NCBI GenBank assembly: GCA_965277285.1
Contig: OZ255721.1
Location: forward strand, 384,001 to 448,000
Source: Abditibacteriaceae bacterium
Lineage (GTDB): Bacteria; Armatimonadota; Abditibacteriia; Abditibacteriales; Abditibacteriaceae
Direction of reading: 5' to 3'
Length of the DNA: 64,000 nucleotides
The notes below the pieces were generated by a model. That model worked only from the letters and a program-made list of their open reading frames with translations. It was not told the origin of the DNA and did not search any database. Of the stretch, positions 20,088-29,215 are shown one piece after another. Numbering within the stretch: the first letter of the stretch is position 1; each line of letters starts with the position of its first letter. Both the position numbers and the translations under genes were made by a program.

Positions 20088-21539
20088 CTAAATCCGTCCA
20101 AAGTCGATGAAGCCGCGCTGGATGTCGGTGGACAGCAATCGCACCGCAACGTTTTGGCCGACATCCAGGCCATTTTCGCCTTGCACGACGCGGCCTTCGA
20201 CCGGCGGTTCACTGGTTCGCACCCAGACGCCTTTGGATGAAACGCCTGTTACAACGGCCTCGAAAACCTGGCCGATGCGGTCGCCGAACAACGCGGCAGC
20301 GGCGACTTTGCGCATCAATCGCTCGACTTTTTGCGCGGCGGCTTCTCGCTCGTTGCAATGAGCCGCAATTTGCGCCAGTTCGTCATCGCTGTAAGGAGAC
20401 GATTCCATTTTCAGCGCCGACTTTAACAAGCGTTGCGTAATCAAATCGGGATAGCGACGATTGGGCGCCGTCGAATGCGTGTAGCGCGCCGCGCCCAAGC
20501 CGAAATGTCCCTCGTGATCCTGCGGTCGCACCAAAACATATTGTCCTGGCCCAAGTAGTTTCACAATCGACAATGACAACTGCGCGAAATCGTTGGGCGC
20601 GGCTTTCTGACGACGTTGCAGAAACTCGGATAGCGCCAGAGGATCGGCTTTATCAGGCAAATTATCACCCAGATCGCGCGCGATTTGTTCAATGCGCGGC
20701 CAGCGTTCCGGTTCGCGCACGACGCGCGCGATAGATGAAAAGCCATGTTCGGGCAGCCATTGCGCCAGCGCCATATTCGCCGCCACCATGAAGTTTTCGA
20801 TGATGCGACGCGCGGCGTTTTTGCTTTGCGTTTGCAGCCCGACAACGCGCCCGTCTTTCACAATTGGCGTCACTTCGGGGCTTTCCAAATCGAGCGCGCC
20901 TTTGGCCTCGCGTGCTTTTTGCAGGCGAATCGCCGCTTCGTTTTGTAACAACAATTGTTCGCGCAAACCCGCGATGGTTTCGATTTCCGCGATTCGAGTA
21001 CTCGAATTGTCGTCCAGCCACGCGCCGACTTCTTCATAGACCAACTTGGCGCGATTGCAAACCAAAGCGCGCGACATCTCAATTTGACTGGTTTCGCCCT
21101 GCGCGTCCACAACGTAAGAAATCACAAACGCCTGGCGGGTTTCCTCTGGCAGCAACGACGACAAGCCTTCGGACAATGGGCGCGGCAGCATCGGAAAGGT
21201 TTCGATTCCCGTGTAAACCGAACACGTATTGCGCGCCGCTTGCGTGTCCAAAAGCGAACCGCGCGGCACGAATTCGTCCACGTCGGCGATGCCAATGCGC
21301 ACGCGAATCGCGCCGTCTGGCAACTGTTCCGCGACTTCGACCTGATCCAGATCGCGCGACGTGTCGTTGTCAATCGACGACCACAAAAGTCCACATAAAT
21401 CAGTCACATCGGCGCTTCGAGTACTCGATGCGTCTGCTGCGGCGCTTTGCAATTCACGTTGTTCGTCCGGCGAAAAATCGACATCGAAACCGGCGTTCTG
21501 CACTTCGCGGCGCGCGCGTTCTTCCAAATTGGGAGTCAT
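20088..21539 (-). CDS. RNB-domain exoribonuclease (RNase II/R family, short form)
   Basis: SIDNDTSRDLDQ, IENFMVAAN, YTHSTAPNRRYPDL, C-terminal S1. Confidence 0.92.
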   Translation of the reverse strand: MTPNLEERARREVQNAGFDVDFSPDEQRELQSAAADASSTRSADVTDLCGLLWSSIDNDTSRDLDQVEVAEQLPDGAIRVRIGIADVDEFVPRGSLLDTQAARNTCSVYTGIETFPMLPRPLSEGLSSLLPEETRQAFVISYVVDAQGETSQIEMSRALVCNRAKLVYEEVGAWLDDNSSTRIAEIETIAGLREQLLLQNEAAIRLQKAREAKGALDLESPEVTPIVKDGRVVGLQTQSKNAARRIIENFMVAANMALAQWLPEHGFSSIARVVREPERWPRIEQIARDLGDNLPDKADPLALSEFLQRRQKAAPNDFAQLSLSIVKLLGPGQYVLVRPQDHEGHFGLGAARYTHSTAPNRRYPDLITQRLLKSALKMESSPYSDDELAQIAAHCNEREAAAQKVERLMRKVAAAALFGDRIGQVFEAVVTGVSSKGVWVRTSEPPVEGRVVQGENGLDVGQNVAVRLLSTDIQRGFIDFGRI

Positions 21540-21566
21540 AATTTCCTTTCGTAGATTTGACGAATT

Positions 21567-22826
21567 TCAATGAAGGTCGCTCACGTCCCACAGTTCCAAG
21601 CGGTCATCTTGCGGAATGGCGAGAAGTTTTCCATCGGGCGAAAATTGCATTTGTTCGCTATACAGAGTTGAACCGGCGTGCGGCTGCAATGATTGAAGTA
21701 TCGCTCCAGTTCTCACATCGCGTATGTCGAAGTTGTTAGTGCTTAAGTTGTAAATTGCGGCAAAGTGGCTTGAAGGAGTGAAGGCAACGGTGCACACCGA
21801 TTCAGTTCTCATGTCTTGTTTCCACAACAAACGTCCCGTTAGCGTGTCGAAAGCCTCCAGCAACTGGCAATAATCTTGGTTGACTCCCGATTTATCATCA
21901 TGCAGCGCGCCATACTCTATCCTCGTTAGGAGTGTTCCCCCATCCGGCGAAATGCAAAAACTCATATTTGTCTGCATATCTGAGGAAAGACGATGCGGGT
22001 TGTCCGTATCCTTAAAATCGTAGTGGGAAATTAGAGAAAATGACCTTACTATTCGATGAGTTTTAGGATTAAGAATTGTCGCTATCCACTGCTCAAAATA
22101 ATACGTACGGTAGGTAAATAAACTGCTCAGGATGACATTGGACTTGATGGGAACAACACTGATGTTCAGCAAGGTATTTCCAAGTCTCACTTCACGCGCT
22201 TTTTGCGGCTTCTCTTTGAAGTCATCAGAAACAGGCTGTAAAAAAACAGGTTCTATAAAAGCAGATTGCAAACTTGCAGGTGGAACTTGGGGACGTGTTG
22301 GACATATTCCCTCTCGAATAAGTCGAGTGCTGAGAATATCGCGTATTTCACGCCTCATTAATCCAGATTTTGACCAATCTTGATTGTCCACACGCAATTC
22401 ATTTGCTGCTTCAAAGTGCAGAGTAGTTGAGGGACTTTCTTTTCCTGTCCTCCAAGAGGAAATAAGTTGATTGGAAGTAAGATCCCAAACTTCGACTTGA
22501 GGGCTTGGTGACGGAGTGCTCGAGCGCGGGTGGGGATCAAGAAACTCGCCAGAGTAGCTTAAATCACTTGGAGTCTCAACAAGAGCGATGTATTTAGAGT
22601 CACTCGAAAATTGAAGCGGCGCGAAAATAACGCTGTTCACTCCTTTTACTTGTGGATAAAACACTGCATAAGGCCGATTGCTCCCATAGTCGCGCCACTC
22701 GCGCCACGAGTGCTGAAGTTGCGGCGAAAACTGCATCGCCATTAAGCCAACGACAAGCACCAAAGGCGACAGCAACATCAGCCATTCAAGCTTGCTCCAC
22801 TTCCTTTTTGCCTTGCGTATTCTCAT
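21567..22826 (-). CDS. Membrane-anchored WD40-like beta-propeller protein (lower GC)
   Basis: N-terminal TM helix; FSPDGKLLA...LELWDV repeats. Confidence 0.75.
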   Translation of the reverse strand: MRIRKAKRKWSKLEWLMLLSPLVLVVGLMAMQFSPQLQHSWREWRDYGSNRPYAVFYPQVKGVNSVIFAPLQFSSDSKYIALVETPSDLSYSGEFLDPHPRSSTPSPSPQVEVWDLTSNQLISSWRTGKESPSTTLHFEAANELRVDNQDWSKSGLMRREIRDILSTRLIREGICPTRPQVPPASLQSAFIEPVFLQPVSDDFKEKPQKAREVRLGNTLLNISVVPIKSNVILSSLFTYRTYYFEQWIATILNPKTHRIVRSFSLISHYDFKDTDNPHRLSSDMQTNMSFCISPDGGTLLTRIEYGALHDDKSGVNQDYCQLLEAFDTLTGRLLWKQDMRTESVCTVAFTPSSHFAAIYNLSTNNFDIRDVRTGAILQSLQPHAGSTLYSEQMQFSPDGKLLAIPQDDRLELWDVSDLH

Positions 22827-22880
22827 TTGAGTACTCGATAGGTTGTTGATTGGTGGGCCATCTTTTAAGGGAACTATGGT

Positions 22881-24008
22881 TCATTGTAATGGTTTCATCT
22901 GCGAAGGCAAATCGAAGGCGGGCGCGAAATGTTCGGCTTTGATTTGAATTTGCGCTTCCCTGGTTCCGATTTGCGCCAGGTCGTAGCGATTCTGGGCTGC
23001 ACTCATGTCGCGCAGGGAAGCGAGTTTGGGCACCAAGTTATCCAATTTCAAGGCGCGCAAGTTGGCTTCTTCCAGGCGCGCATTGTAGCGCAAATAGGAA
23101 AGCAACGGTTCTTTGGTCAGCATTTCGTCGTGTAAATCGCCGATTTCGTCGTTGATTGGCCACGGCGTCGGCGTGCGCGACAGGCTTTGCAAAATCAGTT
23201 GGTTTTGCCAGTTGGCGTCGGCCATCAGCATGGTCGGAACTTCGCGCGCCCAATCCCACAAATGCGCGTGCGCCATGATCGCCGCGTCGTGTTCGATTTT
23301 CCAAACGCCGGTTCCGATTGAAACCAGCAGCAAATCGTTTTCGCCGGTTTTCCAGTGAAAAGGATAACCTTGCAAAGTTGCCATTAAGAAAAGTTGCAGC
23401 GCCGGATTGTTCGCCATGCTGACGCCGCCATCGACAAATGCGCCCGACAAACCGCCGCCAATATCCAACGTTTCCGGCACGAAGTAGGCGGGCGCGGCAG
23501 TACTGGCGCGCACCGCGTCACGCAGCAGAATGCGCGAATTCTCAGCGTAATATTTGGCGCCCGGATGATTGATCAGCGGCCAGGTGCTGTTGGTATCGGC
23601 GCGCTTGACGATGATGCACAAGCCGGTTTGCAGACTTTCGTCGCCCAGTGTGCGATCGCCAAAGGCACGTTCAAGTTCGTGGAGCAACGGCGCCAGATCG
23701 AAAATCGCGTCCCATTGTTTCCACTGCTTTTTGCCGAAGATTTTGCCGCCCAACTCAAAATAAAGTTGCTTGATGTCCGCGACTTCCAAACCGATGGCCA
23801 GGCCAGCGGCGATAATCGCGCCCGTGCTGGTGCCGCCGATAAGATCGAAGTAATCGCATAAGCGAAGGTCGGAGCGGTCGTGACGTTCGCGTAAAATCGC
23901 TTCGATGCGCTCCAAAAACCCCAGCGTGATAGTGCCGCGAATACCGCCGCCATCGAGCGCCAAAATGCGCTTTGGCCCATCGTCGGAAAGTCGCTTGGTT
24001 AAAGACAT
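22881..24008 (-). CDS. Patatin-like phospholipase
   Basis: LDGGGIRG, GTSTG, DGGV motifs. Confidence 0.93.
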   Translation of the reverse strand: MSLTKRLSDDGPKRILALDGGGIRGTITLGFLERIEAILRERHDRSDLRLCDYFDLIGGTSTGAIIAAGLAIGLEVADIKQLYFELGGKIFGKKQWKQWDAIFDLAPLLHELERAFGDRTLGDESLQTGLCIIVKRADTNSTWPLINHPGAKYYAENSRILLRDAVRASTAAPAYFVPETLDIGGGLSGAFVDGGVSMANNPALQLFLMATLQGYPFHWKTGENDLLLVSIGTGVWKIEHDAAIMAHAHLWDWAREVPTMLMADANWQNQLILQSLSRTPTPWPINDEIGDLHDEMLTKEPLLSYLRYNARLEEANLRALKLDNLVPKLASLRDMSAAQNRYDLAQIGTREAQIQIKAEHFAPAFDLPSQMKPLQ

Positions 24009-24127
24009 GAAGTGATTGTGATTGATTTGAGGGCGCTTGAACAATAAAGTTCGAGCGCTTTCAAAGGCGAGCATTCTGTTGAAGAAAAAGTCTTGTCAGA
24101 GGGTTGGCCGAGTTGTAAAATAAAGAT

Positions 24128-24330
24128 CCCCCTGCTGCGTGCGAGACATCTGATACAGGTTTGAGCCTACACTCACCACGAAGGGAGCCTCACTCTTTTG
24201 CCGGGACAACGTCGGCTGACACCTTGATCGGTTATTTTCTTCGGAAATAACAGTCGTGTTGCGAGGGCGAGGAGCGGCACCCACCTGCGAAAGCGGGTTC
24301 AAAAACTTGACGGTGCACGGCGTGGCGGGG
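24128..24330 (+). ncRNA. ssrS: 6S RNA (SsrS)
   Basis: About 200-nt rod with complementary ends; TTTGAGCC, GGGAGCC and GGCACCCACCTG..AGCGGGTTCAAAA..ACGGC motifs resembling Bacillota 6S-1 RNA; upstream of rarA. Confidence 0.8.
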
Positions 24331-24425
24331 CTTTTCTAAAGATGAAGGCGGAAGGATGAAGGATGAAGCAATTCGTCCACCATCTTTCCGCTTTTTGCGT
24401 TTTACAAGTGCCGACGAATACCGCC

Positions 24426-24511
24426 AACGAACTCGAAGCGTCAGCGACGGGCTTATGTGGTATTCACATGCGGCTGTTACTTAAGCCCGTCGCTGACGCT
24501 TCGGGTTCGTT
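24426..24511. repeat. REP-like inverted repeat family C
   Basis: AACGAACTCGAAGCGTCAGCGACGGGCTTA ... TAAGCCCGTCGCTGACGCTTCGGGTTCGTT. Confidence 0.9.
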
Positions 24512-24535
24512 AATTAATCCAAGTTGTCGCTATTG

Positions 24536-24670
24536 CCTGCGAGTGAACTCGCGGCTGGGCGGCTTACGCCGCATCGTCGGCCTGCGCCGACGAGAGAGTA
24601 CTTTCAATGTTGCGTCGGCGCAGGCCGACGATGCCGCCGCAGGCGGTTAAGCCGCGAGTTCACTCGCAGG
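24536..24670. repeat. Multi-stem inverted-repeat element family D (MITE/REPIN-like)
   Basis: CCTGCGAGTGAACTCGCGGCT ... AGCCGCGAGTTCACTCGCAGG with internal stem GTCGGCCTGCGCCGACG/CGTCGGCGCAGGCCGAC. Confidence 0.85.
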
Positions 24671-24722
24671 GCATGGTATTAGGTTACTTAAGCCCTTTGC
24701 GGACGCTTCGGGTTTGTTACTT

Positions 24723-26156
24723 ATGTCACTTTTTTCCGACGATGAAGCCGCGCCAAGCGCGCCAAGCGCGCCATCGAGTACTCGAATCAAGAGTTCAAGC
24801 CTTGAAGCGCCGCCATTTTCGTCACTTCCGTTGGCGGCGCGGATGCGGCCTCGCAACTTCGATGAGTTCGTCGGGCAAAGGCATTTAGTGGGACAAAACG
24901 CGCCGTTACGCCGCGCTGTGGAAGCGGATCGTGCGCCGTCGGGCGTGTTCTTTGGCCCGGCGGGAACTGGAAAAACTACGCTGGCGCGCTTGATCGCCAC
25001 CTTATCGAACGCGCACTTTGAAGATTTTTCCGCTGTGACGGGCGGCGTCGCCGATGTGCGCAAAATCATCGCTGCCGCCAAAGAACGGCGCGCGCAATCG
25101 AGTACTCGAACGCTGCTTTTCGTCGATGAAATTCATCGTTTTAACCGCGCGCAGCAAGACGCGTTTTTGCCGCACGTCGAAGAGGGAACCGTCACTTTAA
25201 TTGGCGCGACAACCGAAAATCCGCTGGCGACGGTGAATACGCCGTTGCTGTCGCGCTGTCGCTTGTTCCGCTTCGAGCCGCTGCCCGACGAAGATTTGAT
25301 CGCGCTTTTAGAACGTGCCTTGACAGACGAACGCGGCTTGAAAGAAGCGGATTTGCAAGTCGATCCGCGTGCTTTGAATCATATCGCGCGTTGTGCTTTG
25401 GGCGATGCGCGCACCGCGCTGAACGCACTCGAGATAACGGCGGATTTGGTGCAAGAAGATCGAGTACTCGATTTAGCTTTGGCGGAAACCGCGATCGGCC
25501 GCCGCGCTCTGGAATATGACAAGAGCGGCGATTCGCACTATCATATCATTTCGGCTTATATCAAATCGATGCGCGGCAGCGACCCGGACGCGGCATTATA
25601 TTGGATGGCGCGCATGTTGGAAAGCGGCGAAGACCCGATGTTTGTGGCGCGACGCCTGGTCATTCAAGCCAGCGAAGACGTGGGAAATGCCGATCCGCAC
25701 ACACTGCCTTTGGCGATGGCGGCGTTGCAGGCGGTCGAAAAAGTCGGCATGCCCGAAGCGGCGATTCTTCTGGCGCAGGCGACGGTTTATCTGGCAACCG
25801 CGCCCAAAAGCAATGCGTCCTATGTGGCGCTCCATCGCGCGCAGGACGCGGTTCGCAACTTGCCGCCAGCCAGTGTTCCGATGCACTTGAGAGCCGCCAG
25901 TTTGCGCGGCGCGCGCGAACGTTTGGGCGAAGGCATCGGTTACATTTATCCGCACGATGAGCCAAACGGCTGGGCGAAACAGGATTATTTGCCGCCCGGT
26001 TTCAAAATTGAAGATTGGTATCAGCCGACCGAACGAGGCCACGAAAGGCAAATCGGCGAACGCTTGAAAGTTTGGCGCGCAGCGGAAGAATGGAGCGAAG
26101 TTTCGGGCGATCAAGCGTTAGACAATGAAACTTCAGGCGACGAGCGCGGAGGTTAA
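24723..26156 (+). CDS. rarA: Replication-associated recombination protein A (MgsA/RarA AAA+ ATPase)
   Basis: PLAARMRP, GPAGTGKTT, DEIHRFNRAQQD, SEDVGNADP. Confidence 0.95.
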   Translation: MSLFSDDEAAPSAPSAPSSTRIKSSSLEAPPFSSLPLAARMRPRNFDEFVGQRHLVGQNAPLRRAVEADRAPSGVFFGPAGTGKTTLARLIATLSNAHFEDFSAVTGGVADVRKIIAAAKERRAQSSTRTLLFVDEIHRFNRAQQDAFLPHVEEGTVTLIGATTENPLATVNTPLLSRCRLFRFEPLPDEDLIALLERALTDERGLKEADLQVDPRALNHIARCALGDARTALNALEITADLVQEDRVLDLALAETAIGRRALEYDKSGDSHYHIISAYIKSMRGSDPDAALYWMARMLESGEDPMFVARRLVIQASEDVGNADPHTLPLAMAALQAVEKVGMPEAAILLAQATVYLATAPKSNASYVALHRAQDAVRNLPPASVPMHLRAASLRGARERLGEGIGYIYPHDEPNGWAKQDYLPPGFKIEDWYQPTERGHERQIGERLKVWRAAEEWSEVSGDQALDNETSGDERGG

Positions 26157-26298
26157 CGCGATGAAAACGTGGATGAATCTGGTGCGCGAGGCGCGCGTGC
26201 AAGTCGGGCAGCAAACGGGACAACAATCCGAGCACGGCGTTGATGAAGCGGCGAACTCGTTGTCGATGACGTTGACAAAAACGGGTGGAGGAAGGCTA

Positions 26299-26748
26299 AT
26301 GGACATCAGATTGCGGACGCATCGCGTCGATGGCGCGACGGTAGTCGAAGTCGGCGGCGATGTCGAATTGCATAGCGCCAATCAATTGCGTGAGGAACTT
26401 TCGCGCGCCGGAGCAGGCGAACATCCGTGCGTTGTCGTCGATTTATCGCGCGTTTCGTTTATTGATTCGACCGGATTGGGCGTTTTAGTCGGCGCCTTCA
26501 AGCGCGTGCGCGAATATGGCAGCCTGTCCGTGGTTTGCCCGCAACGCAGCGTTCGTCGTGTTTTCGAGATCACGGGCTTGTTGCAGGTTTTTCCGTTTCA
26601 TCAAAACTTGGCCGAAGCAGTCAAGGCTTGCGCGGTTTTTGCGGCGACTCGAGATTCCGCGGCTTCGGTTTCGAGTACTCGATTATTCGCCAAAGACGAT
26701 GAAAATCTTTCAGCGCCTGAAGGCCAGATGGCGAAGGAGGCGCAATGA
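26299..26748 (+). CDS. Anti-sigma factor antagonist (STAS, RsbV/SpoIIAA-like)
   Basis: VDLSRVSFIDSTGLGVLV; GGAGG RBS; an alternative start at 26161 is possible. Confidence 0.9.
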   Translation: MDIRLRTHRVDGATVVEVGGDVELHSANQLREELSRAGAGEHPCVVVDLSRVSFIDSTGLGVLVGAFKRVREYGSLSVVCPQRSVRRVFEITGLLQVFPFHQNLAEAVKACAVFAATRDSAASVSSTRLFAKDDENLSAPEGQMAKEAQ

Positions 26749-27509
26749 ATTCCTCTCCATCTGCCGAATCTGCGCCTAATGCCGATAGTGCGAACGTCGG
26801 AGCGAACGTCGGCATAAACGTCGGTGAAGCGGCGGAAAATGGCGCGCCTGACGAAATGGAAGTGGCGCTGCAGATTCCGTCCGACGCCGAGTTTGTGCGC
26901 GTCGTGCGCCTGGCGGTGATGGGCGTGGCGAGCCGCATGCCGTTTTCCTACGACGACATCGAAGACATCAAACTGGCGGTTTCTGAAGCCTGCAACAACG
27001 CGATTTTGCACGCGCGCGTACCACCCGATCAGGCTCGCCTCGCCTTGGGCGCAACGTCGGAAGGCTTGCAACAGACAATGATTAAGCCGCCCATCGTGGT
27101 GCGCTTGCTGCCTTATAGCGACCGCCTGGAAATTAGCGTCGAAGATGGCGGACGCATTTCCTCGCCCGGCTTGCTGGCGCCGCGCGTTCGCAAACCTGTT
27201 ATTTCTCCCGATGAAGTCGAACTTCCCGAAGGCGGCATGGGACTTTTTCTTATTCAAAGCCTGATGGACGAAGTGCAACACCACAGCGGCGAAAATTCCA
27301 ATACGGTCATCCACATGACCAAATATCTGCCGCGCGACCTATCTCCAACGCGCCCGTTTAAAACCCCTGAAACCGCGTCGTCGCACGCACACGAAACGTC
27401 TTCTGTCATTTCTCCTTCGCCCGATGTCGCGCCGAACGGTTCGCCGGTTGGAGCTATAACCGAACCTTTGGCCGTAGCGAATTTGCCGGAGCATTTGCCG
27501 GCTTCATAA
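26745..27509 (+). CDS. Anti-sigma factor Ser/Thr kinase (RsbW-like)
   Basis: DIKLAVSEACNNAILH, EGGMGLFLIQSLMDEV. Confidence 0.9.
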   Translation: MNSSPSAESAPNADSANVGANVGINVGEAAENGAPDEMEVALQIPSDAEFVRVVRLAVMGVASRMPFSYDDIEDIKLAVSEACNNAILHARVPPDQARLALGATSEGLQQTMIKPPIVVRLLPYSDRLEISVEDGGRISSPGLLAPRVRKPVISPDEVELPEGGMGLFLIQSLMDEVQHHSGENSNTVIHMTKYLPRDLSPTRPFKTPETASSHAHETSSVISPSPDVAPNGSPVGAITEPLAVANLPEHLPAS

Positions 27510-27519
27510 CGGCGCCCTT

Positions 27520-28623
27520 ATGTTCGACCGCGAATTGCAACCAAACGCGGCCTTCGAGTACTCGAAGGCACTGCCCGACGAAACTCAAAACGGCGAAACT
27601 CAAAACGGCGAAACTCAAAACGGCGGAAATCTTGACGCGCGTCTTGAGCAAAGCGTTGCGCAAACCGCGCGTGTTGATTCATCGCGTGTGGAATCTTTCT
27701 CCGCACCAATTTCTTCGGCAGAAATTGTCGGCGAGGACGTAAATTCATCGAATCAGGATGAAAGTTTGAGCGAAGTAACGGAACACGCCGAAGACATTGA
27801 GGACGAAGGCACAGCTTGTCCGCCAGCCGAGCGTTCTTCTGGGATTTCTTACGGGACGACGGTGAGCGGAACGTTGCGTTATGCCGAGTTCGAGGGTTTG
27901 TTCCGCGAATGGCGCAAAAGCGGCGATCCGAGCCTGCGCGACCGCTTAATCTTGATGAACCGCGGTCTGGTGATTTATCTGGCGCGACGTTTTGCCGAGC
28001 GCGGCGAAATGTCGGAAGACTTGATGCAGCAAGGTCTGATCGGCTTGATTAACGCGCTAGACAGTTTCGATCCCGACCGTGGCGCACGTTTTGTAACTTT
28101 CGCTACGCCGACAATTTTGGGCGAAATGCGCCGTTATTTGCGCGACCGTTCTTGGAGCGTTCGCGTGCCGCGCCACCTACACGAATTGAACACCGTTATC
28201 AACCAACGCATTGAGGCGCTGACGCAGCAATTCGACCGTTCGCCGACTTATGCGGAAATTGCGCGTTCGCTGGGACTCGATTTGGAACAAGTGATCGAAG
28301 CACTCGAACTTTTTAATACCGCGGAACCTGTTTCGCTTGACGAAATCGACAGCGATTCGCAGAACGAAGATGGCACGCCGATCAGCGAACAAATGGGCGC
28401 GCTTGATGCCGACCTGGAAAGCCTGAACGATCATTCCGCTTTGCGCAGCGCCCTTGATCAACTGGAGCCGCGCGAACGGCGGGTTCTGGAATTGGTTTAT
28501 TTTCAAGGATATAGCCAGTTGGCGGTCGCGCGGCAAATGAAAGTTTCGCAGATGAATATTTCGCGCCTGCAACGCCGCGCCCTGGCGCACTTGCGCGAAT
28601 TGATGAGTTCAGGCGATTTGTAA
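27520..28623 (+). CDS. SigB/SigF/SigG-family RNA polymerase sigma factor
   Basis: FDPDRGARFVTFATPTILGEMRRYLRD, VSQMNISRLQRRAL. Confidence 0.92.
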   Translation: MFDRELQPNAAFEYSKALPDETQNGETQNGETQNGGNLDARLEQSVAQTARVDSSRVESFSAPISSAEIVGEDVNSSNQDESLSEVTEHAEDIEDEGTACPPAERSSGISYGTTVSGTLRYAEFEGLFREWRKSGDPSLRDRLILMNRGLVIYLARRFAERGEMSEDLMQQGLIGLINALDSFDPDRGARFVTFATPTILGEMRRYLRDRSWSVRVPRHLHELNTVINQRIEALTQQFDRSPTYAEIARSLGLDLEQVIEALELFNTAEPVSLDEIDSDSQNEDGTPISEQMGALDADLESLNDHSALRSALDQLEPRERRVLELVYFQGYSQLAVARQMKVSQMNISRLQRRALAHLRELMSSGDL

Positions 28624-28655
28624 ATTCAGTAATGGCTCAATCGAGTGCAGCGCTG

Positions 28656-28744
28656 GAAAGAACCCCGAGCGTCAGCGACGGGTGAAACATAAAAGTTCGT
28701 TCATCCGTTACGTTTCACCCGTCGCTGACGCTCGGGGTTCTTTC
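28656..28744. repeat. REP-like inverted repeat family C
   Basis: GAAAGAACCCCGAGCGTCAGCGACGGGTGAAAC ... GTTTCACCCGTCGCTGACGCTCGGGGTTCTTTC. Confidence 0.9.
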
Positions 28745-28776
28745 TTTGGATAGTTCAATTTATCTCACCACCTGAG

Positions 28777-28935
28777 AGGGTGTATAGGAATTGTAAAAGA
28801 GACGGTCGAACTCCCAGTTTGTCATTCTGAGCGCAGCGAAGAATCTATGTTCAGTTAGATTCTTCGCTGCGCTCAGAATGACAAACTGCTGTTTTTAAGC
28901 GTTGTCTGTAACTTTTTCGCTTTCCTATACACCCT
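28777..28935. repeat. Composite element: outer IR AGGGTGTATAGGAA enclosing family A IR (28815-28888)
   Basis: AGGGTGTATAGGAA ... TTCCTATACACCCT; left flank shared with 38340-38461. Confidence 0.8.
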
Positions 28936-29015
28936 TTGAGCTACTACCATAATCTTTTCGCGCGGAACTTTTCATCGCATCAATCGTGTATTCAAGCGAC
29001 AAACTGGAGCCTTCC

Positions 29016-29158
29016 GAAGGGGAGTAGCGCCGTTGAAAGTGCGAATCGAGTACTCGAAACCCGATCTCGAAACAATCCACAACGGTTGCGGACATCGTCA
29101 ATACGCTCAGAAATTTGAATTCTTGAGCCGGTGTCCGGCACGAAAAAGCGAGACCTTC
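29016..29158 (+). promoter_or_regulatory. yybP-ykoY (Mn2+) riboswitch
   Basis: GAAGGGGAGTAGC ... GGACATCGTCAATAC ... CCGGTGTCC ... GCGAGACCTTC consensus elements. Confidence 0.85.
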
Positions 29159-29189
29159 ACCGCAGATATTTTGCGGTGAAGGTTTTTTT
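29153..29189 (+). terminator. Riboswitch-controlled intrinsic terminator
   Basis: ACCTTCACCGCA...TGCGGTGAAGGT followed by T-run; 5' arm overlaps the riboswitch P1 3' strand. Confidence 0.82.
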
Positions 29190-29215
29190 GTCGCTTATTG
29201 CTTGGGAGGAAAAAG

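Noticed and set aside
22881..24008. Patatin as a CBASS or other anti-phage effector
   Set aside because: No cyclase or other defence genes adjacent.
24096..24650. Small ORFs 24096-24302 and 24363-24650, and also 42824-43087 and 38385-38618
   Set aside because: They are translations of 6S RNA or inverted-repeat elements.
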